From Carcharhinus longimanus (Eukaryota), in assembly GCA_030264375.1 (NCBI GenBank), contig JASCQW010000098.1:40416320-40480319 (forward strand): a stretch of 64,000 nt of DNA, read 5' to 3'. The notes below the pieces were generated by a model, which worked only from the letters and a program-made list of their open reading frames with translations, was not told the origin of the DNA and did not search any database. Shown here piece by piece: positions 1-13,550 of this stretch. Position 1 is the stretch's first letter. Each line of letters opens with the position of its first letter. The position numbers and the translations under genes were made by a program.

Positions 1-72
1 TTGGACTAAAACCTGGTGTTGTCAGACTTTTTACTGTGTTTACGCCAGTCCAACGCCGGCATACCCACATCA
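1..72 (+). mobile_element. Penelope-like element 3' end (pseudo-LTR tail), truncated by window start
   Basis: ttggact..acctggtgttgt.agact..tactgtg..ccagtccaacgccggcat..ccacatca matches the copies at 20935-21012 and 23100-23145, and (reverse complement) 21115-21200 and 22486-22570. Confidence 0.75.
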
Positions 73-1509
73 AGCTTATGTAGGACCTTGATTAGGCCAA
101 AATGCAAGTTCTATGCACAATTTTGATCTCAATATTGCAAAAGGAATATGGAAACATATGGAACAAGGATACCAATGTAGATGTGTTCCATTGTATGGCT
201 TCTTTATGTGCTGCGCAATCTATATATCTCTGTGTAAAAGGGGCCCATAGAAAGAAAATACTCCAAGCAATTGGTAGCATTTTATTGTTTAAAAGCCACT
301 CCCTAAAATTAAATTTGGTTCATTGCCATATTAAGGAAATACAATGAGAATGCAACAGAAGATGTAGGCTGAGGGAGGGGTGTTGTCTTTTTGCAAACAT
401 TACGCTGTACCCAGCACCTGTATATGAGCAAATATTCAAGCGATCATAATTTTATTAGATTTCATCTTCCAAATAAACTGACAGTGGAGACATTAGAAAG
501 AATTAATCAGAAATTGAAATCACTAGGGAGTATGTCAGAAGGAAAAATGAATTTAGGGAAAAGTTTTAAGCCCTACGATCAAAGTATGATGTAATGTTGC
601 ATTGTAATTTAACAGTGTACATTCAAGTGAATAAAAGGGGCATCAAAAATTCATGGGGAAATAGAGTATTTTGCAATGCAGGAAGAAAAGTTCTGAAATC
701 AATGAAGCATATAACATAGAAGCATTATCATGCCTATGCATTCTATGGGAACACTATCCAATTAAGCCCATTCCCTTGTTTAATTCCCTCCAGCCCTGCA
801 AATGTTTTCTTTTCAGTATATATCCAATTCCCTTTTGAAGCATACTATTGAATCTGCTTTCACTACCCTTTCAGAGAATGTGCTCAGGATCCCAACAACT
901 CATTTCATTTCTCCCCATCTCCCCTCTGATTCTTTCGTCAATTATCTTAATTTTGTGTTCTCTGGTTAGTGACCCTCCATCAATGGGAGCACTTTCTCTG
1001 GTTATTCTCTCAGAGCCTATCAGTACTTTGATTAGCTCTATTGAATCTACCCTTAATGTTGAGGTCTGTAGAGAACATCTGCAGAATACTGAAGAATCCA
1101 CAATCCAACATGTTCTATCACAGAAAATGAAAACAATGATTTCACTGGCTTTATTTCACTCCTGAAGTAAGAAATCATTATCAAAATTGCAGAGCATCAT
1201 TGCTCTGGAACTTGTTTCTCATGATACAATTTAATGAGTGGCAATGAAATGGCAAAAGCTAACCAGAATGCTACAATAATGGCATTTTTAGTCTCCTGAA
1301 GCAAATAATGTGACATTGAACACAAAAACACTGGAAAAAGGAGCTGTAGACTACATGGATGGTCAAGCGTACTCTGTCATTCAATATGATCATGGCTGAT
1401 CTTGGGTCTCAGCTCAAACCCTCTCCCAATATCCCATGATTCCCTGAGAGATCAAAAATCTGTCCATCCCAACCTTAAGTTCATTCAAAGAAAAAAAAGA
1501 TAAAGAAAA

Positions 1510-2340
1510 GTACAGTACACAAACAGGCCCTTCACCATCCAAACCCATGCTGATCATGATGCCCTAACTAAACTAAAAACACTCTGCCCTGACTCAGTCC
1601 TCTATTCTCTCCCTATTCATGTACCCATCCAGATGCCTCTTAAATGTTACTAATGTGCCTGCTTCCACCATCTCCTCTGGCGGCATGTTTCAGGCATTCA
1701 CCACCCTCTGAATGAAAAACTTCCCCCACACATCACTCTTAAACTTTCCCCTTCTCATCTTGAACCTGTGGCCCCTTGTAATTGACACTTCTACCCTGGG
1801 AAAAAGCCTTTGACTATCCACACTAACAATGCCTCTCATAATTTTGTAGACCTCTATCAGGTCTTCCCTCAGCCTCCAACTTTCTAATGAAAACAATCCT
1901 AGCTTTTTCAATCTCTCCTCATAGCCAATACCCTTGAGACCAAGCAACCAGGTGAGCTTTCTTTGCCCTCTCTCCAAAGCTTCCATTTACTTCTGGTGAT
2001 GTGGTGACTAGAACTGCATGCAATGCTCCAAATGTGGCCTAACCAAGGTTTTATTTGGCTGCAACATGATTTGCCAACTATTGTACTCAATGTCCCAGTT
2101 GATGAAGGAAAGCATCTTAAGCATCTTGGCCACTCTGTGTTGCCACTTCTGGACTGTGGACCTGAACCTCCAGATCCCTCTGTATGTTCATGTTTTGAAG
2201 GGTTCTGCCATTCACAGTATAATTCACGCCTAAATTTAATCCACCAAAATGCATCTCCTTGCCTTTATCTGGATTAAACTCCATCTGCCATTTCTCTGCC
2301 CAAGACTCCAATTAGTCTATGTCCTGTTGAATCCTCTCAC
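1510..2340 (-). mobile_element. CR1-type LINE 3' fragment (decayed RT C-terminus and 3' UTR)
   Basis: Minus-strand peptides WAEKWQMEFNPDK and ALERGQRK..YEERLKKLGLFSLE.RLREDLIEVYKIMRG..TRGH.FK are typical of the CR1 ORF2 C-terminus. Frameshifted. Confidence 0.9.
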
Positions 2341-2344
2341 TGTC

Positions 2345-5300
2345 CCCGACAGTATCAGCAATAATAGAGCATCCACAACCCTCTGGAGTAGTGAATTTGA
2401 ACCCTTTGCGTGAAGTAATTTCTCCTCATCGCAGTCATAAATGATCAGCCCCTTATCCTGAAACTGTGCCGCCATGTTTTAGATTTGTAACTTGTGGAAA
2501 CAAATTCTCAGCATCTGCCCTGTCAAGCCCTTTCAGAATTTTATGCTTTTGACTGCCTCTGATTGTTCTAAACTCCGGAGAATATGAGCTCAGTTTACTC
2601 AGCCTCTCATCAACCCGCTCAACCCAGGAACCTATTTAGTGAAGTTTTGCTGTACCGCTCCAATGGAAGTATACTGTTCCTAAAACATGGAGATTAGAAC
2701 TGTACACAATACTGCAGACATGGTCTCACCAAAGCTTTTTATAATTGTGAGTACAAACATGAACAAGTCACTTGTCTAGATGCGGAATTAGGAACATAGA
2801 AACACGGGAACAGTTGTGGGTCAATCAGCCCATCAAACCTGGTCCACCATTTAATACGATCATGGCTGCTCAGATACGTCAATTCCTTTTACACCCACTT
2901 TCACCATAATCCTTTACCAGAAATCTATCATTCTCTGCTTTAAACATGCACAACGATTGAGCTTCCACAGTCTTCTGGGGCAGAGAATCCCAAAGATTCA
3001 CAACTCTCTGTGTAAAGAAATGTCTCCTCATCTCAGTCCTAAGTGGCACCCCTTTATTTTGAAAATGTGTCCCCGGGTTCTAGACTCCCCAGCCAAAGAA
3101 AACATCTTGCCTGCATCTACCCTGTCTATTCTTTTAAGCATTTTATAGGTTTCAATGAGATCACCTCTCATTTTTTGAAACTCTAGAGAATATAGGCCCA
3201 ATTTTCCCAAACTGCTTTCATATGACAGTCCCCAGAACAACTTTGGTGAACTTTTATTGCACTCCACCTGTGGCAATAACATCTTTTGAGGTAAGGGGAG
3301 CAAAACTGCACACCATACTCCAGGTACATTCTAACCAGGCTCGTATACAATTGATGCAAGATCTCACTACTGCTGTCCTCAAACACTGTTGGAATAAAGG
3401 CTAACATTTCATTAGCCTTCCTAATAGCTTGAAGAACTTGTCTGCTAGCCTTCAGTGTCTTGTGGACAAGGACACAAGGTCTCTGTACATCTGCACTTTC
3501 TAATTTCTTATCATTTAAGAAATCCTCTGTAGATCAGTTCCTGTTACCAAAGTGGACTACCTCACATTTTTCCATAGTACATTCCATCTGACGTGTTCTT
3601 GCCCACTCACTAAATCTGTCCAAATCTTCCTGTAGCCACTTTACATCTTCCTCACAACATTCATTCCTGCCTGGCTTTGTATTCTCTGCAAACTTGGAAA
3701 TATTATATTTGGTCCTGACATCCAAATCATTGACATATATTGTGAACAACTGGGGTCCAAGTACTGATCCTTGTGGTACCCCACTAGCCACAGTCTGCCA
3801 ATGGGAGAATAACCCTTTATTCCGACCCTATGTTTTCTGCCAGTTAGCCAATCCTCAATCCATGGCAGGATGTTGCATCTTATTCCATGTGCTTTCATTT
3901 TGCTAATTAATCTCCTGTGGGAGACAAAAGTAACTGAAAGTCTAAAGATATTAGGTCCATCAACTCTCCTTTATCAATTTTGTTAGTAACAATTTCACAA
4001 TACTCCAACAAATTTTCCAAACATGCTGGCTATGCCTAAGCAGATCATAATTATCCAAGTGTCCATTTATCACATGCTTTATAATAAATTCTAGCATTTT
4101 NNNNNNNNNNNNNNNNNNNNNNNNNNNNNNNNNNNNNNNNNNNNNNNNNNNNNNNNNNNNNNNNNNNNNNNNNNNNNNNNNNNNNNNNNNNNNNNNNNNN
4201 GCTTTATAATAAATTCTAGCATTTTCCCTATCACTAATACAAGACTAACAGGTCTGTAATTCCCTGTTTCCTCTCTCCCACCCCTCTTAAACGTGGGGTG
4301 ACATTTGTCACCTTCCAATCTTCAGGAACCATTCCAAAATCCATAGAAGTTTGGAAGATGATGGCCAAAGAACCCGCTATCTCTATAGCAACCTCTTTCA
4401 AAACTCTGCGATGCATGATATCAGGTCCAGGAGACTTATGTAGGTGCTAATTTTCTCGCGCAGCAGTCTGGGAGAATCGCACGGGTGGGGTAAGTTGCAG
4501 GGTTTCCGCAAGCATTCGTGTCCCACTAGCGACTCCCAGCACCAGATTTCCAGTGCAGTCTGCTCCACACCGGAATCAATGAGGAGGCAGGGCTAACAGT
4601 TAAATGATATTTTAAATATCATTTATATGCTATTGGTGGGCCCAGGACTGAAGTCTCCAGGCCCGCTCACCTGTCCCACCCCGCCAGAGTGTTCCACTCC
4701 AGCAGGGTTTAGAGTAGCTCCCCACTTTCAGGTAGCTAGTGGCCTGACCCTGCTGGAGTGAAGGCAGCAATGGGTGGTGCCCTCTGGGCATGGGCACCCA
4801 GGCAGTGCCAGCCTGATGGGGAGGTGTCTATGGGATGATTAGTGGGGAAGGGGAGAGTCCCGCTGCCACTCTGCATTGGGATCAATAGGGGCAGAAGGGA
4901 GGCCAGTGATTGGGGCAGGCTGGGGAGTGGTCTGCCTGGGGGGGCTGCTTGCGTGGGTGTCTGCACTGCAGGGGGTGGGGAACGGATTGGCACTGCAGGT
5001 GGGAGCTGAAGATCGGGGTGGTCCACAATGGGAGGGATCACAATCGGGCCATGGGGGGTTGGGGGAGCAGCACTGCAGGGGTCCCGGGCTGGCCAGCGAT
5101 CGAGTTGGCCGGCAAACAGGGAGCTGACAATTTGGGGTCACTGTGCATGTGCAAAGACCCGCTGGTTCAGTGGAATAGGCCCACTGAGATCTAATGATAT
5201 TCATGCTGGTGGCCTCTGCAGTGCACAGAGTGTGCGAGATTCTTGTATGAACTCCCACTGAAAAAAACAGCATCAATTACTCCCGTTTTCCCATGAATTC

Positions 5301-5640
5301 AACAACTTTCTGGGAGCATTTGACCCGTCAACTTTCAGTCTGATTCATTTCAGCCTTCTTAGATGAGTTTCCTTCAACACTGCATTCTCCAAGTCCCTTG
5401 GACGCCCACATCTGGAAGATTTCATATCTTCCTTAGTGAAAATAGATGTATAACAATCATTTAGTTTTGCTGCCATTTCTCTATTACCCATTATAAATTC
5501 TCCTGGCTTTGCCAGTAATGGATCCACATTTGTCTTAGCCAAACGTTTCTTTTTTGCATACCCATAAAAGCTTTTACTATCTGGTTTATTTTGCTAGATT
5601 TCAGTCAAATCCTGTTCTCCCTTTCCTTATCAGATTTGGT
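2345..5640 (-). mobile_element. Stacked CR1-type LINE fragments including RT domain, interrupted by an insertion at ~4443-5327
   Basis: Peptides SGVPQGSVLGPQLFTIYVNDLD, GNYRPVSL, VLKEVAIEIA..VPEDWKVTNVTP and LGLYSLEFQKMRGDLIETYK in mixed frames. Confidence 0.9.
4443..5327. mobile_element. GC-rich non-autonomous DNA transposon (Harbinger-like) nested in CR1
   Basis: GC-rich block with imperfect inverted ends (ggtgctaattttctc ... gggagcatttgaccc). CR1-like sequence resumes on both sides. Confidence 0.6.
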
Positions 5641-6189
5641 GAAAGTAACTGGATAGCAACTGTGAAAAAAAAATTCAACAATAAGGTTGTGCAAATGCAG
5701 CATTGGTGTGAAGCAAGGATATATTAGTGAAATGTTTGCAAGTACGTACTAAGTAATATATTAAATGTGAAGTCAGCATAATGTCATAATAAGACAAGAA
5801 TTACTACAGGGAGAAATTGCAATGGGCCAAACATCTTTCCCAAAAAAATCTTATTGGAGTTGTTCCTTCTTACCTTCTGAAACCTCACTAAATGTACAAC
5901 AAAATGCTCCCAGGTATGTTGCTTCCATCATATGCTTGTTGAAGTTAGGCTAATCCTCAGGACAATCTCCAAGGAAATTTTTCAGCCCCTAGTTTCAGTC
6001 CTCATGTGTTAAAACTAACACACAAAAGGAAGGCAGAGCAGGCAGCTGCTGGCTGAAGTCCATGTATTCGGGAGCTTGCTTCAGCAGCATTGCAAAAAAT
6101 GTTTGAAAAACTTTGTGCTGTGGAGATTACAGAACACTCCTTATGAATATTTCTGATACTGGAAAAGCCTAACAATCCAACTTTCTTCA

Positions 6190-6780
6190 GCTGTGGCTCA
6201 GTGGTGGCACATTGGTTTGTTAGCTAGAAGATCATGGGTTCAAACCACAGATTAGAATCTCAGAACGTAGTTCAGGCTGATACTTCACTGCAGTTTTAGG
6301 TACTGCACTGTTGAAGGTGTTATTTTTAGGAAGAAGTGTTAAACCAAACCTGTCAGATCAAGTGGACATAAAATAGCTCATGGCAGCCATGGGGAGCTGG
6401 TGATATAATGGTATTGTCATTGGACGAGTAATTCAGCAAAGCAGGGCAATGCTCTGGGGACCTGGTTTCAAATCACACGGAGATGGTGAAATTTAAATTC
6501 AATAAAAATCTGGAATTAGAAAGTCTAATGATGACCATTGTTGCAAAACCTCCAGATTCTTAAATGAATGCTGGCCCAGCCAGTGCTGCCCACTTCTCTT
6601 GAACAAATAAAAGGAAAACAATTTTAAAAAGAACAACCTTATTGTTCTTCTGGTGCTCTGGCCAATTGTTAAAACCTATGGTTACTTATTTCACTGTTGT
6701 ATCCAAATTGGCTGCTGAATCAAAGTATTGGCTGCAATGCAATTTTGAAGGTCCTAAAGCCAAAAAAGGTGCCAAGTAAT
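6190..6780 (+). mobile_element. tRNA-derived Deu-domain SINE with a second short SINE nested at ~6390-6610
   Basis: tRNA-like head (gtggctcagtggt..gggttcaaacc) and Deu-like core (caaattggctgct). The inner element resembles the one at 14835-15060. Confidence 0.55.
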
Positions 6781-7002
6781 TTTAAATTGAAATCATGACT
6801 GGCTTCAACTCACTTGAGGAACAGTCATCTATGACAGAAACTCTGAAACCTCACAAATAATCATGGTTCTATTCCCACAGAGGTTGGTAGACATTGTGAA
6901 AAGATAAACTCCATCTGTCACATAGGGAATTGCACGAGTACAGCTTGCCAACAGTTGTGACAGTGGTAATTTTGAAGCAAACACTGGCCCTGAGGAGGTA
7001 TC

Positions 7003-7656
7003 TGCGATAACACCGCCCCTCCCCCGCCCCATGACTTCCATGGGGAATGATGCCCCTGTGGGATGTGGTGAGTATGAGTTCCCTTGTTAATGCAACAGCC
7101 TGCCGAGGTGGAACTCATTACCTGGCTGGGAAGGGTCTGCAAGGCTGTTTTCCCGACTGGAACTTGTGTATGTATGCTACGATGCAGTGACTTAATTTTT
7201 GTTTAATAATAAATACCATTGCTTTCCAGTTGGGCTTCCTGAATTATTCCATTGCAATGCAGAACAAGGAAAGTTTCAGATAACGTTGCCTTTCAATGAA
7301 CCCGGTAAGACAGTAAAAAGGAGATATTGAAAATGCCGCTGTTTGGGAACTGGAACTGTATGACGTTGGTGTCAAGGATTGGCCCCAGTACGCCAAATGA
7401 ATGAGATTCTTCATCCGGACAAACGGGTTAAAAAGGGACAATTAGCAATCAGTCATCCTCCTAACAGCTTGTGAGGCTACGACTTTCAGCATCATAAAGA
7501 GTTTAACCTGCCCGGCAGCCCCAGATTCAAAATCCTTTAATGAGCTCATAGATATGGCAGTGAACCACTACCACTCCAAATCACCTAATGGATATTAAAA
7601 TTAGGCTCCTTTAACAAATACCTTTCTTTTCCAGTTGGGCATCCTGAATTATTACA
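7003..7656 (+). mobile_element. Internally deleted Gypsy-like LTR retrotransposon relic
   Basis: Direct repeat aaatacc.tt..tttccagttgggc.tcctgaattatt.ca at 7211-7251 and 7616-7656 (LTR 3' ends). Between them a decayed gag N-terminus: MPLFG..DWPQY..VILLTACEATTFSIIKSLTCPAAPDSKSFNEL. Confidence 0.7.
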
Positions 7657-8419
7657 GTGACAATAAATATCCCTTTGAAAACAATGACTCCTCAGTGACT
7701 GCAACAATAAACTCTCTGTAATAGACTTCTGTTTTAAAAAAGGCAGTGTAGCCATAGATTCTTATTTGCATTGGTGCTGCCTGCTTCTTTAAGAATAAGT
7801 TTCAGTAAGACACATTCAGGGAGAATTCAGTGACACACTAAGGGCAGAAATAGCAGCAAAACACATCAAACATGTGCATTACTAGCACTGAAAATGAAAT
7901 CACTTTTAATATATCTTCCAGTCTATCATTCTGCAGAGAATGAAATGTCAATTGTTTACAAGGCAAACAAGCAAACGTGGTGAATTCCTTGTCTGTTCTT
8001 TGTCAGTGCCTGGAAGGTCACTGAGGTTGAGGACAGTGATGATATTCAATACACAATAGTGCATCCCCAAATGGCTGATTGCCCCTACAGAGGTTGGTAA
8101 ACCAAATAGAACAATTCCATCACGGTCTCCCCAGTGAGCCTCAGCCATTTTAATCATACGTAGATAATCAACCTTGTTTTGTTACCCGATAGCATTACTT
8201 GTTACAAGCCTTCTGTCTCCTATGACCTCTGCACTTCCTGATTATTCATTCCTCCACCACTCCAATGTATCTACCACTGACATCTCACCCATTGTCCTAG
8301 CCAGCAAACTCCTCAATTCCATTGTTTTCTCCTGTGATATTTTGAAATCTTACCTTCACTGAGTTCACAAAGTCAAAGATTCATATGGAACCAAAAAAAG
8401 AACAAAAGGCAGCTACACT

Positions 8420-8745
8420 TAGAGCATCTTACACAGTTTCAGAAAATTCCAAATCACATAACAACAAATGAAGTACTTTTGAAGTGTGGTCACACTTCTT
8501 ATATTGGAAATTAATCCATCAATTTTCACACAGAAAGGTGTCCTGATAGCAATGAAAGAAATGAGCAAGATTTTGCTTCTGGCAGGACACCAAGAAGGAC
8601 AACAAAGGACAGCAGTTCCAATAGTGCAACACTCCTTGCATGCTGCATTGAAGAATCTGTTGGATATTTNNNNNNNNNNAACCTTGAACCCACATCCCTG
8701 CTGAGGAAAGTGTGCTACCACTGAATCAAGACTGGTGCCATATTC
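8420..8745 (-). mobile_element. Deu-domain SINE, decayed
   Basis: gaagtacttttgaagtgtggtcac motif shared with several copies in this window. Confidence 0.55.
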
Positions 8746-9860
8746 ACTTGACATCAAAGTTCGAGAATGTTTTGTGTGTAAATTTTGCTGAATCACATGA
8801 TCTTTAACAAGCATGCTGTTTTTCCACATTTACTTAGTTTCATTAGTCCTTATTGGAGGGACATAGATTTCATAGCAATAGCAACAGAGTACATCTAACA
8901 ACATGGCCCCGTTAAAAACAAAAAAATCATACCTGCGTCTTTGTTAGTATCAGCAACACTGGAATATTTAAATTTTACAGATCCTTGAAAATACACTTGG
9001 GAAACCAAAGGAAATTGGTAAACAAAAATATTTGTTTTGAAGTAGAGGTGCCAAGCAGACATCATATCCTTGTTAGTTACAGTTTTAGTGAACAGCTGCC
9101 AAAGAGTATGCATAAGGAGTCCAGAGTTAAATGACAAGCATGCAGCTAAGTTTCTTACAATGTTTCCCCATGAGTATTTATAAGCAGGTAATTGTAAAAA
9201 TATTCAGAAACCCAAGTCACACTTTTCTTGAAGCCCAGTAGAGTTAACAGTTCAAGTACACAAGGAAATGTAATTAGGGAAAGCTAAAAGTACTTATGCC
9301 AAAATGTCAGGGAAGCATGAATCTGCAAATATTAAAGCAGTTGAAGGAAGATGCAGTAAGAAACTTTGGATCAGACCTTCTGTAGTTCATTAAAAGTAGG
9401 GGCAGTTCCTATAAACTACAAGATAGTTTATGTGATTCTATTATTCAAGAAAGACCAGAAGCATGTGTTTTATGAACTGCAGGTCAGTTGGCTTGACTTC
9501 GATCCTATGCAAAATATTATAGGAGAAACAATTTAAGGGCCATTTATCTAAATTGAGCATGATCAATGACAGGCAGCTTGGATTTAGAAAGGGGAGGTCA
9601 TGCAATATGACTCACGCTTTACAAGCTCATTATGTTGTTTCTCACAGATGTCACGGTCACTGCAGGCATGCAGGTACAATTGACAAGACATCTCTGGATT
9701 CCCTAAAAGTATTTGATAAAACCGTCACAAGAGATGTTTCGAGAAGGTGATGTTCCTACGCCAAACAAGCAAACCTGAAAACTGTGTTAAAGATAAAAAG
9801 TTTTAGATAATTGAGTGATCATAAATTATGCACTTCAATATTTTGAAGAATAAAACCTTT

Positions 9861-11110
9861 CGGCAAAATTCTCCCATTTTGAGACTAAGTGCCATGATGG
9901 CGTGAGGGGTGGGGGATGGTGGGGGAGAAACGTGGAGTCTTTCCCGCTGTGGTTATGAGATTACATGGCAAATCTTCCAGCAACCGCCTCATTAATTCTG
10001 CATGTTCAACAGCAGGGCAGGTCTGGAAAGCATGTAGTCAGCCGCTGAGTCCGTGTGCCATATTGAAAAGGTGTCCAATATCAGTGACCCACTATTAAAG
10101 AAAGAAGGTGAAACATCTGAAAATGAAGAAAGATGTCCAGGATTACTTAGAGGCTGGAAGTGGACCCCTTCCAAAACACCGAATCTGAAGGTTCACCTGC
10201 AGATGCACCCCACACCCACTGCCGTGGTGTTCCAGGTCCAGAGCTGTGGGCAATCTCCGTCTGAACTCTGAAAGCAGCCCCAGGCATTGGTCAGGTGAGT
10301 TCTGACATCTGCACAAATGTGTTTCACGTCGGTGTGTTTACTCGCCAGCATTTTGGAGATTATGGCGTACAGTTTTAGGCCTTTGTCTGCATCCTATTAA
10401 TGCCATATCCTGGTGGGTTTTCCTACCTGCCATGGCAGGCACCAGCGGAAAATCTCATTGTAAACTCAAGCTAATATGAAACTGATTTCTGGCCCTGCCA
10501 CCATATTGTCCCACCATGCTGACCATCAAACCCGCTGGTGGGAGTTTGGGAGAATTCCACCCATTGGGTGGAATATTCTCATTTGCGCACAGTGCTGGGT
10601 GAGGCGAGGAAACTGATGTGCAGCTCACCATGTCCACAAGGGCAACATCCCAACCCCCCTCCCTTACAGACAAGGGCAAGCCCCCATCTCCCCATGGACA
10701 TGAGGAACAGCCATCCCTTCACCCCATGAAATTTCCCAAAGGGACTCCAAGGCACTGCTGCCTGCCGCTATCGCCTAGCCATTCTGGCACTGAGAGTACC
10801 TGGGAGCAGTGCCAGGGACACTGCCAGAGTACTGCCCAGGCATGTCCCTCTCACCCCTATAGGCTATACCTACCTGTGCACCTCTAGCTTTCATCTGGTT
10901 CACATTTTTAAAAGTCAGTTGTAATCCTCGCTAGCCATGCTGTTGCGTTGGTGAGGGGGGAATTCCCAATGTTGAGGGATGATACAATGGGGAAGCCGCT
11001 AATTATATTCAAATGTATTAAAATTAAGTTCCTGACCTTTCTGGTTAAGAATCCCATTACCCACTGGCAGGGAATGGGGAAATTCAGAAAACGCCACACT
11101 CACAGCGAAT
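9861..11110. mobile_element. Two adjacent non-autonomous Harbinger-like elements
   Basis: Termini cggcaaaattctccc (9861) and gggagaattccaccc (10548-10562); a new terminus gggtggaatattctc starts at 10566. Confidence 0.6.
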
Positions 11111-11349
11111 GCAGACACTAAGTCACCCTGACCATTGTCTTTGCCACTATCTTATCATCATTCACACTGCCAGGATTTTCCCACCCAGCTGCAATGAACG
11201 GAGATTTAGCTGATCACCAAACTCTCCGAGCTCACTGCAGTGGGAGCATGGCGTGAATGACCAGTAAGATCATGCTCAATAAGTCTCCACTCCAAACTCA
11301 TTAACTAGTCATCAAATCCATTCCACCTCTGTGTTCACTTTCTGAGACT

Positions 11350-12030
11350 GTTTGTGATCTTGGAAAATCTATTCCTCCTGAAGTAGAACTTTGACATCAT
11401 AATCTCTCCATCATTAGCCTCTGTCCTGTCTCATCTCAACTGTTGCTGAAAGTCTCATTCAAGCCTTTGTTATCTGCAGATGTAACTTTTCCAATGTTTT
11501 TCCTGGCTAGCCTCTAGCACTAAACTCTCCATAAATTGAATATGTCCCGAACTCTGATGTCTGCATCCTAACTTTATCAAGTTCCATTCACTCACTACTC
11601 CTATGCTTTTTGACATATATTTGCCCCGGATTCAGTAGATGTATTGATTTCACGATTCTTATCCCTGTTTTCAAGTCATTCATGGCTTTGGGCCTCTCAC
11701 TTTCTGTAATCCGCTCCAGTCCCACAACACTCTCCTCTAATCCTGGCCTCTTCCACATTCCCAATTTTAATTGCTCCACCATTGGCTGTCCCACTCTTAA
11801 TGACCTAAACCTGAAGTTCTTGAACCCCCTCCCTAAACCCATCTGTCACTCAGTTTCCTGGTTCCCCCTTTGAAACAGTCCTCACGGCTATATTTTAGAC
11901 CAAGTCTTTGGTCACACATCCGAATATTTCCTTACATGATTCTGGTTGAACTTTGTAAGAAAATGTTTCTGTGAAGCATCTTGAGATGTCTAATTAGATT
12001 AAGGGTACAAATACAGGTTACTGTTGTTCC
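11350..12030 (+). mobile_element. L2-type LINE 3' fragment
   Basis: Decayed AETLIHAFVTSRLDYSN-type region followed by an L2-like tail (..aaatacaggttactgttgtt). Similar to 37740-38030 and 40480-40880. Confidence 0.65.
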
Positions 12031-13044
12031 CTTGAAATCAAATATTCAATAGTTTTGCAAAGAGCTGTAGCTCGATGTGGTGCCTTTCGTTCTCCATTTG
12101 TGGTTGCCTTTGTTACAAATACAATGTACATGTGATGATGGTATTTTAGAAAGCAGTACAGAAGTGCAACAATTCAAAAAAGAAAGCTGAATATGATACA
12201 TAATATTTAACCTAGTGAAGGAAGACTAGATGGTGCAATGACTGCCCTTTCAATTATAGGACATGGGCTCAAGCCCAGTCCAAAATGTTAGTTTAAGGGT
12301 CCTGTGCAAAATTAGTTTGGGCAGTTTCAACCACATTCCCAATGGGCATACGGGGTAAAATTACCCTCCACTGCATTCCCCCCCCTCCCGGCCCCCTCCC
12401 ACACACTCCCCCAGCTTCTTCCTTCCATGCTGAGCAGTCCCTAAAACAATCCATTTCTTTCACTGCTTTACATCCATCAGATCTTGCCTGGAGTTCTTCT
12501 GCAATGGACACCATTTGCAGGTGGACAAGTTGTCAGTCTGAGTCACAACCCCCTACCTGGTGAACCATGATGCAATGACATGGGGAGAGTACTTCTGCCA
12601 AACCCCTGTCACTCACAAAGGTCCAGAAATACCAACTCAGTATTTAAAGAGTTCCATCTCTAAATGCTGGAACTACCTAGTGTGGGACTTGAACTAATAG
12701 CTTTCCAACTCAGAGTTGGGGATGCTACAACCGAGCCACCATTCACACTACTTTGGTGTTAGTTGCATTCACAAGTGGGTACATGATGTGGTAATTGAAA
12801 ACTTAACAAGAGATTGCAAAAGTTCCTTCGAAGCAGGTGTCCCTTCATCAGATTCCCTTTTACATACAAACTTATCTCCACTCCTAAGAGTGCTTCAGGT
12901 ATAAGTCAGAATCCGGAGTGCCAGTAGACCTGACAGCCTTCATAATATATACAGTTAGGACTCCCCCATTGGGCAGGCAATAATTACCTCAATCAGGGAG
13001 CTCATACGCCAAGAGGCTCACCTTATGGGTCTTGTTGAGATCAT

Positions 13045-13550
13045 TTTATGATAATACATGTCACGCATTTCACAATTTCAGGATGTCCCAAAGCATTATA
13101 TCATCGATGAAATACTTTTGAAGTACACTTATGTTCTAAGTCAAGGAAACACAGCAGTTATTTTGCCCAAAGCAAGGTCCCACAAAGACCAATGAGGTAA
13201 TAACCTGCTGACCTGCTTTGGTCCAAAAGCAAAATATTGTGGAAATTGAAAGTCTGAAATAAAAATAGGAAGTCTTGAAAATCCTCAGAGCCGGTCAATC
13301 TGTTGTAGTGATGTTTATTGCAAGATAAATACCAACCAGGAAATATGGAGATCTACCCAGCTCTTTTTAAAACTAATGGCAGGGACCTGACCCAAGGAAG
13401 ACCAACTGTTTAACCTTTCATCTGATGGTACCCCAGACAGTGCAGAACCACAGTACCAGCCTAGATTATGTGCTAAAGCCTCTGGAGTCCAACTCAAGAC
13501 CCATGATGTTCTGATTCAGTGAGTCACTATCACTAAGCCAAGTCTGCCAC
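13045..13550 (-). mobile_element. Deu-domain SINE containing a short Penelope-tail fragment (13225-13290)
   Basis: caggatgtcccaaagc..cttttgaagta..ggtcccacaaa core; tRNA-like head at the right end. Confidence 0.6.

Noticed and set aside
4070-4225. Direct repeat gctttataataaattctagcatttt flanking a 100-N gap (likewise 55298-55473 and 55937-56054)
   Set aside because: The same sequence on both sides of fixed-size gaps indicates unmerged contig overlaps, not biology.
4736-5276. Cluster of overlapping Pro/Gly-rich ORFs
   Set aside because: They lie within a GC-rich non-autonomous transposon; stop-codon scarcity explains them.
12820-12858. Minus-strand CTGATGA as another hammerhead
   Set aside because: It is followed by GAAG rather than GAAA, with no convincing helix I or III.
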